Below are positions 36,145-45,071 of a stretch of DNA of 46,519 bases, piece after piece (positions within the stretch are counted from its first letter, which is position 1; every line of letters begins with the position of its first letter). This DNA is from a virus, in UHGV virus genome UHGV-0211968. One strand, given 5' to 3'. Under the pieces are notes generated by a model. That model saw only the letters and a program-made list of their open reading frames with translations. It made no database searches and had not been told where the DNA came from. The translations under genes were made by a program, and so were the position numbers.

Positions 36145-37236
36145 TTAGAGTGTGACCTGCAGGGAGACCTGCACGACTGTATGGATTGAGTTCATCCTGG
36201 CGTAGCGGCCCGAAATCAGCGGCAGGTTGCGCTTGCGCACGTCCTCCGCGTAGTTTTCCTTGAGGTAGGAGTAGGGCTTGTAGTCCACGGAGGCGGAATC
36301 CTCCATGACGTACTGGTGGTCCGTGTCGGCGGCGACGTTGAGGACGTTCAGGACCGCGGCTGCCACCGCCCCGATTCCCGCGTCGTCGTAGTTCACGCCG
36401 TGCCCGTCGTTCGCCTCGCCGAGAAGGCGGAAGATGCGGCTCTGCACGTTGAAACGGATCCAGTCGTCCTTGACCGCCTGGTCGATGAACGTCGAGGCGT
36501 CGCAGGTCGTCCCGAAGAAGACGCGCGCCTCGCCGGAGACCTTGGCGATGACGTTCAGCCCGGCGTCCGTGAGTTCCCGGAAGGAATCCGGGCCGTAGGC
36601 GTCGGCGGCCACGCCGGAGACGGTCTTGTGTGCGAAGGTGCCCCGCGCGGAATCCGCCGCGCAGCGGAGCGCGACAAGCGCCACGTTGAGGAACTCGCCG
36701 GAGGCCGTCCCGTCGTCCGCCGTATCGAGGCCCTCGGAATGGAGATAGACCGCCACGCGGTCCGCCCCGTAGCCGGAAAGGTCGCCCATCAGCGAAAGCT
36801 CCGCCGCGTTCCCGTCGCTCGGCGCGACCTGCACGTGCAGGACCTTCTTCGCGTCCGCGAGCCAGTCCTGAAAGTTCTCGAGGACCGCTGCGCTCACGGC
36901 GGAATCGCCGGAGGCGAGGCAGACGTGGTAGAAGTCGAGGCTTTCCGCCGCGGCCTTGACGGCGGCGAGCGCATCGGAAGCCGAGGCAGAAGGGATGACG
37001 ACCACCGAATCCGGCTGCGAATCCTGCGCGAAGAACTTGACGGCCATCGCGTAAAGTTCCGAGCCGGTCCCGAAGTCCTCGCCCACCTTCTTGGCCGTGG
37101 AATACCTCCCGGCGGCGTGGCTGTTCCCGGAAGCGGCATTCCCGACGAGCGCGACCGTGTTCACGTCGGTCGTCGTCACGCCGGAGACTGAATCCTGGAT
37201 GCTTACCTTGACAATCTGGTCGATAATCTGCGCCAT
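36145..37236 (-). CDS. Tail sheath protein (DUF3383-like)
   Basis: IVKVSI, Y.MAVKFFAQ, TFAHKTVSGV, FID...DW, YDDAGI. Confidence 0.85.
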   Translation of the reverse strand: MAQIIDQIVKVSIQDSVSGVTTTDVNTVALVGNAASGNSHAAGRYSTAKKVGEDFGTGSELYAMAVKFFAQDSQPDSVVVIPSASASDALAAVKAAAESLDFYHVCLASGDSAVSAAVLENFQDWLADAKKVLHVQVAPSDGNAAELSLMGDLSGYGADRVAVYLHSEGLDTADDGTASGEFLNVALVALRCAADSARGTFAHKTVSGVAADAYGPDSFRELTDAGLNVIAKVSGEARVFFGTTCDASTFIDQAVKDDWIRFNVQSRIFRLLGEANDGHGVNYDDAGIGAVAAAVLNVLNVAADTDHQYVMEDSASVDYKPYSYLKENYAEDVRKRNLPLISGRYARMNSIHTVVQVSLQVTL

Positions 37237-37240
37237 CGGC

Positions 37241-37717
37241 CTATCCTCCCTTTAGGGTTATCGGCTCGACGCTCCCGATAGCCGGGACGTCCGCCGTGAA
37301 TGTGTCCGCGAAGTTCGCGGTGAAAGTGAATCTCCATTGCCGGACGACGAACTCCCCGTCGAACGTATCGACAGGGACTATCGACGTCCAGTCCCAGACC
37401 GTGAACCCGGCCTTGGCCGCGGCCTCCCGGAAAGCCCGCGTCTGGATGGCGTCCCGCGCCATGCGCAGGAAGTCGCCGTCGCCCTCGACCTCGACGAGCG
37501 AGACCGTGGCCACCTGCTGGAAGGCGAATGTCGCCCCATCGCCCGGCGGCGGCTCCATCATAGAGCCGTCCTGCTCCACGCCCTCGACGCGGACGGCTAT
37601 GTAGGTACCGACCGGAGCGGCGGCGTTCACAGGCGACTTTACGAACGGGCAGCCCGAAAATTTTTCGAGCCCGTTGAAGAACGAGCAGACAGCCCCCTTT
37701 ATGCCGTCCGTCCTCAT
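37241..37717 (-). CDS. Neck/tail terminator protein
   Basis: Position immediately before the sheath, 158 aa. Confidence 0.6.
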   Translation of the reverse strand: MRTDGIKGAVCSFFNGLEKFSGCPFVKSPVNAAAPVGTYIAVRVEGVEQDGSMMEPPPGDGATFAFQQVATVSLVEVEGDGDFLRMARDAIQTRAFREAAAKAGFTVWDWTSIVPVDTFDGEFVVRQWRFTFTANFADTFTADVPAIGSVEPITLKGG

Positions 37718-38088
37718 CCCAGCGCCTCCGGAACCTGCGAGGGCGGGACCAGACAGGCGACGTATTTCCAGTGTTCGACGAGGCCGTTTTGGTTCGGGAA
37801 CTCGTCCACGATCTCGTAGAGCGCACCCCCGAGCCTGACATAGCCGCGGCCCGACTTTTCCCCCTCGCGCCGGAACTCCAGGCGTTCGGATGAATACACC
37901 TTGGCCGTCCCCGTGTTTCGGGATGCCGCCACGGCGGGGACCGTCTCCATGCCCGAGAGCGGCTGCACCGTTCCCCGGACCTTCCGTACCGAGAACGTCC
38001 CGGGGACGTACGAGCCGTCAGGGGCGTAGGACGGGGCGGATTCCGTCACCGCCTCAAAAAAGCGATTGAACAGCGTCGCCACCGTCAA
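37714..38088 (-). CDS. Head closure protein
   Basis: GTVQPLSG motif and position. Start codon uncertain. Confidence 0.6.
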   Translation of the reverse strand: MTVATLFNRFFEAVTESAPSYAPDGSYVPGTFSVRKVRGTVQPLSGMETVPAVAASRNTGTAKVYSSERLEFRREGEKSGRGYVRLGGALYEIVDEFPNQNGLVEHWKYVACLVPPSQVPEALG

Positions 38089-38458
38089 GCCCTCCCGTGC
38101 AAAGGCCGCCGGTCACGCCGGGGCTCGGGCTGTACTGCCCTTGCAGCGACAGGTACTCCTGTCCGAATACCGTCTTCGAAAGGTCGCCCCCGTCGGAACC
38201 ACCGCTCCCGTAGGAAACGGAAAGGTCGCCCTCGCGCTTGGATGTCACCGGGCCGGAAGCCCCCTGCGCGGCGAGGTCCGCAAGCGCGGCCTTGTGCGAT
38301 ACCATGAGCGAGAGCGCATAGACGTAGGCCTTGCCGAAGTAGCAGCGGCCAACCCGGAACGACGCGCCCGAAATCCAAGATTCCAGCCGCGGATCCTTCG
38401 CCACGCCGTCCTCCAGGTAGGAGAGCAGCTCCTCGCGTTCCTCCGGTGAAAGCGCCAT
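38054..38458 (-). CDS. Head-tail adaptor (DUF4054-like)
   Basis: SKREGDLSVSY and LSKTVFGQEY motifs. Confidence 0.75.
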   Translation of the reverse strand: MALSPEEREELLSYLEDGVAKDPRLESWISGASFRVGRCYFGKAYVYALSLMVSHKAALADLAAQGASGPVTSKREGDLSVSYGSGGSDGGDLSKTVFGQEYLSLQGQYSPSPGVTGGLCTGGLDGGDAVQSLF

Positions 38459-38462
38459 GGGA

Positions 38463-38792
38463 CTAGCCCTCCGCCGTGTCCGCGTTCTTCGAGGCTTCCG
38501 CCGCCTGCCCGTCCAGCTCGTCGAGCTGCCGCTTGCGTCTCGAAGCGGCGTCCCTCGTCTTCGCGTCGCCCCTGCCCAGCGCGGCTATGGCGTCCGCCGC
38601 CTTCTGCGTGTTCGCCAGGCGTGCCGCCCGGACCGTGTCCGCCGTCTCCTCCAGCTCGCCGGATTCCAGCAACGCCGTGAGCGACGGGTAGAGTTTCGGG
38701 TCGATCGCCTCGCAGGCGTTCGAGCCGGGGAGCAGCAGCGTCCCGCCGAACGAGAACGCGTGCCGCGTGTTATTCAGGTAAATCTTCTTCAT
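38463..38792 (-). CDS. Hypothetical virion-associated protein
   Basis: 109 aa after the major capsid gene, AAGGA RBS. Confidence 0.7.
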   Translation of the reverse strand: MKKIYLNNTRHAFSFGGTLLLPGSNACEAIDPKLYPSLTALLESGELEETADTVRAARLANTQKAADAIAALGRGDAKTRDAASRRKRQLDELDGQAAEASKNADTAEG

Positions 38793-38818
38793 CTTTCCTT
38801 TCCTGTCCCTTCCCTAGG

Positions 38819-38847
38819 AAAAGGGGCGCGAGGATGCCCGCGCCCCT
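38819..38847 (-). terminator. Terminator after the major capsid gene
   Basis: AGGGGCGCG/CGCGCCCCT stem with a U run on the - strand. Confidence 0.65.
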
Positions 38848-38864
38848 CCAGCCAGGAGAAAAAC

Positions 38865-39794
38865 CTATACGCCGTCCGCGTAGATGATACCCTTCGGGTT
38901 CTTGATTACGGTTCCGCCGATGCGCGCATAGCACGGCACCATGTAGTGCAGGGAGTGCGGCTGCGGCTCCTTCTGGCGGAACGGGACCGGGAGCACGTAG
39001 GAGACGACGCTCGCCGCCTTCTTGTAGAAGACCGCGCGGTCGGTCGCACTGCCCGCCGAGTCGTTCCCGCCCATGCCGTCGAGCTTGCGGGATTCGGACC
39101 AGTTGACGATCCCCTGCGCCGCAAAGAGCGTCTTCAGGTAATTCAGGATGGTCGTGCCGTCATAGTCGCTCACGCGCTTCGTTGCGAGGTAGCTGAACGC
39201 GGAATGCGGCAGGATGACGCTGTCGAGCGTCATCGTCCCCTTGTTCATCGCGTAGGCGGCGTCGATCCAGGACTGGACCGTGGCGACGATCTCGTCCACC
39301 GTCTTCGTCTTGAGCGGGGTCTTCCCAGCCGCGCCAGCGGTGGACGCGACGACCGTAACGTTCTCGTTGTTGAAGAACCCGGTCACGCCCTGTTCCTTGT
39401 CGCCGACGAGGATGACCTCGTCCACCTTCTCGTCGATCTTGCGGCGTGCGGTCTCGGCGTCGTCTCGCGAGACGTCCACGCCAGCGGTAAGCCACTGCTG
39501 GAGCTCGAACTCGGAGTATCCGTAGCTGTCGCCGATAGTCTTGATGCCGACGGACTTCATCGTCATCAGGCGCGACACCGGCGGCAGGTCGTCGGCGTAG
39601 TCGCTGATGAACTTCGCCATGCCGACTTCGGAGACGACCTTGTAGGCCCAGGAGGTGATCCAGGGCGCGATTCCCGTCTGCGCGGGGACGAACTTCGTCG
39701 CGTCGAGCGCCTCGCGTTCCAGCCCGTAGGTCTCCGTCGCGACCACCGCGAAGAGACGCAACAGGCTCAGTTTCTGCTTTTCGGAAAATGCCAT
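38865..39794 (-). CDS. Major capsid protein (DUF2184-like)
   Basis: GMAKFISDYADDLP, GYSEFEL, GFFN, ARIGGTVIKNP...YADGV. Confidence 0.9.
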   Translation of the reverse strand: MAFSEKQKLSLLRLFAVVATETYGLEREALDATKFVPAQTGIAPWITSWAYKVVSEVGMAKFISDYADDLPPVSRLMTMKSVGIKTIGDSYGYSEFELQQWLTAGVDVSRDDAETARRKIDEKVDEVILVGDKEQGVTGFFNNENVTVVASTAGAAGKTPLKTKTVDEIVATVQSWIDAAYAMNKGTMTLDSVILPHSAFSYLATKRVSDYDGTTILNYLKTLFAAQGIVNWSESRKLDGMGGNDSAGSATDRAVFYKKAASVVSYVLPVPFRQKEPQPHSLHYMVPCYARIGGTVIKNPKGIIYADGV

Positions 39795-39807
39795 CTAGGT
39801 TTCCTCC

Positions 39808-40293
39808 CTATGCGATTTCCAGCTGCGCGAGCTTGCCGTCCGCGGCGCTGGTCTTGAATGTCCCGCCCGGAATGGCCGTGTTGCCGGACGCCGTGGCGGT
39901 GATCCCGTTGTTCGTGGTGTTCACGTATGCGGGCTGTCCCGAGAGTACCTCGCCCAGGACTCGCACCCACACGCGCCCCTTCTTGAGCACGTTCACGTGG
40001 TCGCCCTTTGCGTATCCCTCGTCATGGCAGTCGAACTTCGTCCGCACGGCGATTCCCTTGAGGAACCCGTCCGGGTCGTTCTTGGTCGAGCCGTCGTCCT
40101 TGGTGGAGTCGGCCACCTGCGGGAACGAGGCGTACGCCTTGTCGCCCTCTCCCTTCTTTCCGTAAACCGGGAAGCCGCCGCCGGATTCCCGGCCGTCCTG
40201 CATGAGCCCGGTCTCGATCGAGTGCGGGACGAACGGGAACAGCAGTCCCGGAAGTCCCACGGTCTCGGTGAAGTCTTCGTCTGGAATAGCCAT
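39808..40293 (-). CDS. Capsid decoration/cement protein
   Basis: GIAVR, VNVLKKGRVWV. Between protease and capsid. Confidence 0.75.
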   Translation of the reverse strand: MAIPDEDFTETVGLPGLLFPFVPHSIETGLMQDGRESGGGFPVYGKKGEGDKAYASFPQVADSTKDDGSTKNDPDGFLKGIAVRTKFDCHDEGYAKGDHVNVLKKGRVWVRVLGEVLSGQPAYVNTTNNGITATASGNTAIPGGTFKTSAADGKLAQLEIA

Positions 40294-40296
40294 GCG

Positions 40297-41418
40297 CTAG
40301 CCCTCCTTCTTCTTTGCGTTGATGCCTTCGCACATCTTGCGGTAGGCGGCTTCCGGGTCGCAGTCCGCGCCGTCGCCCAGATGCGACCAGTCGGGCGCAA
40401 GTGGAGAACCCTTCGCTTCCGGCTTCCCGGACTTGCCGAGCGACGCCACCGCCGCGTCGTACATCGCCGACACGTAGTCGGCGCTCTTCCCTTCGAGGTC
40501 CATGCCGTCGAAGGCCTTCGAAATGACCGCCCTGCGAATGGAATCCGCCGAGTCCTGCGCCTTGCAGTCGCAGCCGAGCGAGCGCGCCTTTTCCACCAGC
40601 GCAATCTTCTCGTCCGCGAGCCGGGCGATCTCCGCGTCGGAGACCTGCGCCTCCTTGAGCTTCCCGTTCTCGGCGAGCGCCGCGTCACGTTCCGCCGTCA
40701 CGCGGTCGAGTCCCTTTTTGGATTCCGCGATTTCGTCCCGCGCGTCCTTCAGCCCCTTCTCGAGCGTCTGGACGCGGGCGACCACCGCCTCGTCGGCCTG
40801 GCACTGCACGCCGTCGATTACCATCGTCTTCATCTGTCCCCCCTCCGGCTTCCCGCCGGGGTTGCTGTCCTTGTTGAAAATTTTCTCCCCGAGGGCGCAG
40901 TCGCCCACGCGGAACGTCACGCCGTCGCCCGCCCGTCCGGCCTTCACCAGGGCCAAGTGGTTGTAGCGGATGCCGGACATCACCTCGTCGTAGGCGCTCC
41001 CGCGCCAGTTGCCCGGGTCCGACAAAAAGTCCGCGCTGTAGCCGCAGGAGAGCGCGGCCACCTCGCCGCCCTCTATCGCCGCTATCGCGTCCCGGTCGGT
41101 CACCGTCACCGTGACGGAGACGTAGGAGCCGTCCCATTCAGCGTCCGTCCCCGTAAACCCCACCTGCAGCCTTTTCGCGTTGTCCGGGGTCACGTCCTCG
41201 TCAGGGTGCCGGAGCGTCACCGGCTTCGAGTTCAGCGAGCGGACCGATTCCGCGTCACCGACCTCCGCGTCAGGGCGAAGCCGGTTCACGGTCCGCCCCC
41301 CGTCCGCGAGGTAGGGGAACACGCCCGAGCAGGTCGCGCGCACGCGCCCCGTCAGGTAGCCCTCCGGAGTGCGCCGGAGCGCCTGTACCGGAAATTCAGA
41401 ATAGTCCCTCGTCATCAT
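40297..41418 (-). CDS. Prohead protease/scaffold (DUF2213-like)
   Basis: TPEGYL, PVTLRHP, LSCGY, NHLALVKAGRAG, C-terminal coiled coil. Confidence 0.9.
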   Translation of the reverse strand: MMTRDYSEFPVQALRRTPEGYLTGRVRATCSGVFPYLADGGRTVNRLRPDAEVGDAESVRSLNSKPVTLRHPDEDVTPDNAKRLQVGFTGTDAEWDGSYVSVTVTVTDRDAIAAIEGGEVAALSCGYSADFLSDPGNWRGSAYDEVMSGIRYNHLALVKAGRAGDGVTFRVGDCALGEKIFNKDSNPGGKPEGGQMKTMVIDGVQCQADEAVVARVQTLEKGLKDARDEIAESKKGLDRVTAERDAALAENGKLKEAQVSDAEIARLADEKIALVEKARSLGCDCKAQDSADSIRRAVISKAFDGMDLEGKSADYVSAMYDAAVASLGKSGKPEAKGSPLAPDWSHLGDGADCDPEAAYRKMCEGINAKKKEG

Positions 41419-41555
41419 GCGGATGAATTTAGCCCCTCGCGCCCCCTCCGGGGCCTCCGCTGTGTCAGACTGTCGAAGGCTGTCGAAAAAACGACGGAAA
41501 CGCCGCTTCAAGCGCGCTTCGCAGGCACTCCCGCCGTTTTTTCCCCATGGGACGG

Positions 41556-41580
41556 AAAAAGCCCCCGGAAAGGGGGCTTT
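41556..41580 (-). terminator. Terminator after the TA operon
   Basis: AAAGCCCCC/GGGGGCTTT hairpin flanked by A/T runs. Confidence 0.7.
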
Positions 41581-41609
41581 ATTCGCAATTAAGGGCTGTC
41601 AGTCTCCGA

Positions 41610-41894
41610 TCACCAGAACAGGTTGCGGTAGGTGGTTCCGAGGGCGTCTGCGAGGCGGTGAGCCATCTTGCGCCCGATGGGTTCCCTCCCGCGTTCCATG
41701 GCGGAGACCTGCTGCTTCGTGATCCCGGCCTTGTCGGCTAGCTGCTGCTGCGTGTAGCCGAACGTGGTGCGGAGAAGCTTCAGACTTTCCGCCGGGGTCG
41801 TCTCGTCGCGGATTTCCTTTGCCAGGTCGGTGGAGTTCCATTCGACAACTTCGTCGTCATCGCTTTCCACCTTCACGGAATCCGCGTAATACAT
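41610..41894 (-). CDS. XRE-family HTH protein
   Basis: LKLLR...GYTQQQLADKAGITKQQVSAMERG. Confidence 0.85.
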   Translation of the reverse strand: MYYADSVKVESDDDEVVEWNSTDLAKEIRDETTPAESLKLLRTTFGYTQQQLADKAGITKQQVSAMERGREPIGRKMAHRLADALGTTYRNLFW

Positions 41895-41903
41895 GGAAAT
41901 CCC

Positions 41904-42200
41904 CTACATGGCCGCCTTGGAGAGCGTCTCGATCGCGAACTCGCTGAACTTCACCCCGCCCTTGGCCGCGTTGCGCTTCAGCCCCTCGATGACCCACACC
42001 GGGAGCCTGAACGACGTCATCCTCGAGGCATTCCGCGCCTTTTTCGCCTTTATGGCGCGCACCGTCTCTTCCCACGACCCGTCGGAAATGACCGTGGAGC
42101 CGTCCTCAAGTCCTTCGCGGAACTCGTCCGCAAGGCTGGCGTTGAACTCGGCCAGTTCCTCGTCCGTCATTTCCGGTTTTTCGAGCACCTTGAATACCAT
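41904..42200 (-). CDS. BrnA/CopG-like antitoxin
   Basis: Acidic N-terminus. C-terminal RHH: TSFRLP.WVIEGLKRNA..GGVKFSEF. Confidence 0.7.
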   Translation of the reverse strand: MVFKVLEKPEMTDEELAEFNASLADEFREGLEDGSTVISDGSWEETVRAIKAKKARNASRMTSFRLPVWVIEGLKRNAAKGGVKFSEFAIETLSKAAM

Positions 42201-42427
42201 AGTTTCTCCTCGTCGTCGTGCGCCCTTCTGGCGGTGACGACCGTGTAAAGGTCCTTTTCCAGCACGACCACCCAGACGTTCCCGTCCGCCTTCCCGATGG
42301 CGATATAGCGGTTCGGGTTGGATTTCGAGCGACGGATGAGCGCTTTCCTGCGGACGAGCCTTGCTGCCATTTCTGGGGTGAACGTCCTTTCGTCGAAGCG
42401 TCCGAATGCGTGGTCGATGAACTTCAT
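42167..42427 (-). CDS. BrnT/DUF4258-like toxin (putative RNase)
   Basis: HA..R..ER, RYIAIG, VVTARRA...E. Upstream of and overlapping the antitoxin. Confidence 0.65.
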   Translation of the reverse strand: MKFIDHAFGRFDERTFTPEMAARLVRRKALIRRSKSNPNRYIAIGKADGNVWVVVLEKDLYTVVTARRAHDDEEKLWYSRCSKNRK

Positions 42428-42867
42428 GCCCTGAATATAGGTTTTGTATTACAATTTGTCAATACATTTTATGAATTTTCCCAAACCTTGAGGATTTTTT
42501 TACAAACGTAAACAAAACTTTCCCAAGGTTTCGCAAAGTTTACTGAAAACCGGGAGAAAAACGGATTTTCAATTTTAAGTGCATTTTTAGGGCGTTTTCG
42601 CCCCATGGCGAAACTTCATCCGCGGAAAGGGGAAAACCGCCCGGAAGGCGCCTTAAAACCGAAAATAGCCATATATGCGACTGGATGCGCGAACGTGCGA
42701 CCCTCCGCACAGGGGGCTACTTTGCGCCGCGGCTTGCGACACGCTGACGGAATCCGTCCGTCCGGCTTGCGTAGGCTTCCGTAAAGTCGGATATTGTTCG
42801 GTAAGGTCCGCGGGACCCGGACGATGAAGCCCCCGCCCCTGCGCACCGAAGAAAGAGGCTGAAAAAG

Positions 42868-43044
42868 ATGGAAACGAAGGTTAAGGTCAGGTGGATGTGC
42901 CCCAAGCAGGCGGCGGAGAGGCTGGGAATGAGCGCGGAGACGGTGAGGCGGTGGCTCAGGGACAGGGAGATACCCGGCAGGAAGATACGCGGGACGTGGC
43001 TGGTCCCGGTCGCCTTCCTGGACGGGCTGGAGGCGGAAAGGTAG
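42868..43044 (+). CDS. Excisionase-like HTH protein (58 aa)
   Basis: PKQAAERLGMSAETVRRWLRDREIPGRKIRGTWLVP. Below the size of the ORF track. Confidence 0.75.
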   Translation: METKVKVRWMCPKQAAERLGMSAETVRRWLRDREIPGRKIRGTWLVPVAFLDGLEAER

Positions 43045-43139
43045 GCCCCTAGCCCTCCACCGCCCCTGTCCTTTTCCCCGGCGGCGTCGCTCGCGCGGCG
43101 CCCGGTATGCGGAAGCGCGCTTCCTCGCGCGCGTACGGT

Positions 43140-43303
43140 ACAAGGAGGGAGAAGAGAGGAGTAGAGTAGAGGGTACTATAGATATATATGGAATGTACTG
43201 AGTTGAGTTGAGTTGAGTTGAGTTGGCTTAAGGTGTGCTTAGGCATAGCTTAAGCAGTGCTTGAAACAAAATTCAAGCATTGTTTAAGCAATGCTTGAAA
43301 AAA
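43140..43303. repeat. Origin-like region: purine tract, (TA)n, (TGAGT)5 and about seven 11-bp iterons
   Basis: (TGAGT)5 at 43199-43223. GCTTAAGCA-like units start at 43226, 43237, 43248, 43259, about 43271, 43282 and 43293. Confidence 0.7.
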
Positions 43304-43434
43304 AACAGGAGAAAAAAATGGAACCATCGACGGCCTTCGCGGCCTACATCTACACGGCGGCGAAGAGGGCCGTCCAGGGAAAGGCGGACCCGGAAAGGGC
43401 GCTGGAACTGATACTGAAAAAATCCTCGGAGGCG

Positions 43435-43728
43435 CTAGGCGTTCCCGAGCAGGTCCCGGAGCGCCTCCCGGACGGCGGCCTTCACCTCGTCCCGGTCGAG
43501 ACGCGAGACGGGCGTGTCCCCGTTCCTCGCGAGCATGGCGCCGAGTTCCGGACCGAAGAGCTCGTCGAGCGAAATGCCGAGACGGATTAGCTCCGCACAG
43601 ATGGCGTACTTCGGGAAGCTCCGCCCCTTCTCCCACGCGACGACGGCGGTCTGGTCCACCCCGAGCCGGTCGGCGAGCTCGCGGCCCGTCAGCCGGACCC
43701 TCCTGCGGAAAGCGCGGATGTCCATCAC
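43435..43728 (-). CDS. XRE-family HTH repressor-like protein 2
   Basis: LTGRELADRLGVDQTAVVAWEKG. Paralog of the upstream gene. Confidence 0.8.
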   Translation of the reverse strand: MMDIRAFRRRVRLTGRELADRLGVDQTAVVAWEKGRSFPKYAICAELIRLGISLDELFGPELGAMLARNGDTPVSRLDRDEVKAAVREALRDLLGNA

Positions 43729-44015
43729 CGGCCCCCCAGATCGGCGAGCGCCGCCTTCACCGCGGCCATTATCTCGCCCCTGTCCGACTCCGGCTTCGAG
43801 CTGTTCTTCACGAGAAGGTCGCCGTGTTTCTCGCCGAAAAGCTCCTGCGCGGTAATCCCTTCTTCGATGAGCTTTAGCATTTTTTCAAAGCCGGGCTTTG
43901 CTTTTCCTGCTGCCCAAGAACCAATAAGCCCTAATGACGCATCAATTCTAGGCGCTATTTCGCGATGTTTTAGGCGCTTTCGCGAAAGAAAGCGCTGAAA
44001 ATCAAAAGTATCCAT
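43725..44015 (-). CDS. XRE-family HTH repressor-like protein 1 (CI-like, no peptidase domain)
   Basis: REIAPRIDASLGLIGSWAAG. Divergent from the early operon. Confidence 0.75.
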   Translation of the reverse strand: MDTFDFQRFLSRKRLKHREIAPRIDASLGLIGSWAAGKAKPGFEKMLKLIEEGITAQELFGEKHGDLLVKNSSKPESDRGEIMAAVKAALADLGGR

Positions 44016-44145
44016 AGCTTTAAATTAGTCTTTCTCAGTTAAATCAAATTTTTTTTGAAAAAACTCTTGATTTTCTTGATGATATAGTTTATATTTTTGA
44101 TTGAGTTAAGAAATTTTTGATTAAATCAAGAAAAGGAGATTCAAA
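44016..44145. promoter_or_regulatory. Divergent promoter/operator region (lysis-lysogeny switch)
   Basis: AT-rich, repeated TTGAT/ATCAA half-sites, inverted repeat TTGATT-A-AATCAA at 44117-44129. Confidence 0.65.
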
Positions 44146-44310
44146 ATGATGAACGAACAGCAGCAATCCCGCGCGGTGTCTGTAAGCCAGGTGGCGGCAA
44201 GGACCGCCGAGGAAGAGCGGGCCAGGCGCCAGAGCCAGGGCGTCCGCATGAGCCTCGGCGCGGTAATCTCCGAGGCTGTCATCGCTCAGTTCGGGGCGAA
44301 GAAGGATTGA
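44146..44310 (+). CDS. Small putative DNA-binding protein in the Cro position (RHH-like)
   Basis: AAGGAG RBS, 54 aa. Strand RAVSVS followed by two predicted helices. Confidence 0.6.
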   Translation: MMNEQQQSRAVSVSQVAARTAEEERARRQSQGVRMSLGAVISEAVIAQFGAKKD

Positions 44311-45071
44311 TGGCTGAATCCGTCGCCATAGACTTCGTTCGGATTTCGATCCTCGAAAACTGGCGCTTTTGGCACAGTTTCGGCGACGACTACGAAGCGG
44401 CAGGTCGCGAGGCGATCGTCCAGGCGGACGCGCTTCTCGCAGGCGACAGCTCCAACGAGCGTGCCGCAAGGCTGCTCGCCGAGGCATCCGAATTCCGCGC
44501 GAAGAAGCAGAAAGCAGGACAGAAGGGCGGCAAGTCCCGGGTCGCCCGCGAACGGGCCGCCCGCAAGAAGAATTCCGAGGCTCCGGCAAGCCAAAAGTCC
44601 CTGCCGGGGACCTCTTCCGGCAACGGGGAGGCGCTGAACGACGAAGGCGACACAGCCCCGGCAGGGCAACATTTAGACGGAGACGCCGCCACCCGCGAGG
44701 GCGCGGAGGCTGCCACTTCGGGCTTCGCAACGTCTCCGTCCGACATTCAAAAGCGCCCCGGTAAATCCGCCACAACCCAGTCCATACTCATACATGACGG
44801 CGGTTCGGAGCGGGGGGCGGGCGGCACTGCCATAGATGCCGTCCGCCGTTCCCCCGGGGCGGGGAAAGAGCCGGAAGTCCCGACGCTGGAGGACCTCTAC
44901 GCCTTCGCGTCGGACGCCTGCCTCAACGAGATGCTCTGCCGGGAATGGTGGGAGATGACCTACGGCGACCGGGCGGGCCTCGACAGGGCCGGACGGCCCA
45001 TCAGGAACTGGAAGGCCGCGTGCAGGGCCTACGTCAAGAAACGGATCTCGAACATGGAGAACGAAAGATGA
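44310..45071 (+). CDS. Putative replication initiator
   Basis: AGQKGGKS motif, disordered linker, C-terminal PTLEDL...W...G.DRAGRPIRNWKA typical of phage replisome organisers. Confidence 0.6.
   Translation: MAESVAIDFVRISILENWRFWHSFGDDYEAAGREAIVQADALLAGDSSNERAARLLAEASEFRAKKQKAGQKGGKSRVARERAARKKNSEAPASQKSLPGTSSGNGEALNDEGDTAPAGQHLDGDAATREGAEAATSGFATSPSDIQKRPGKSATTQSILIHDGGSERGAGGTAIDAVRRSPGAGKEPEVPTLEDLYAFASDACLNEMLCREWWEMTYGDRAGLDRAGRPIRNWKAACRAYVKKRISNMENER

Noticed and set aside
39997..41592. 531-aa + strand ORF
   Set aside because: Antisense shadow of the protease and decoration genes.
43199..43303. CRISPR array
   Set aside because: Units are 5 and 11 bp without unique spacers, and no cas genes are present.
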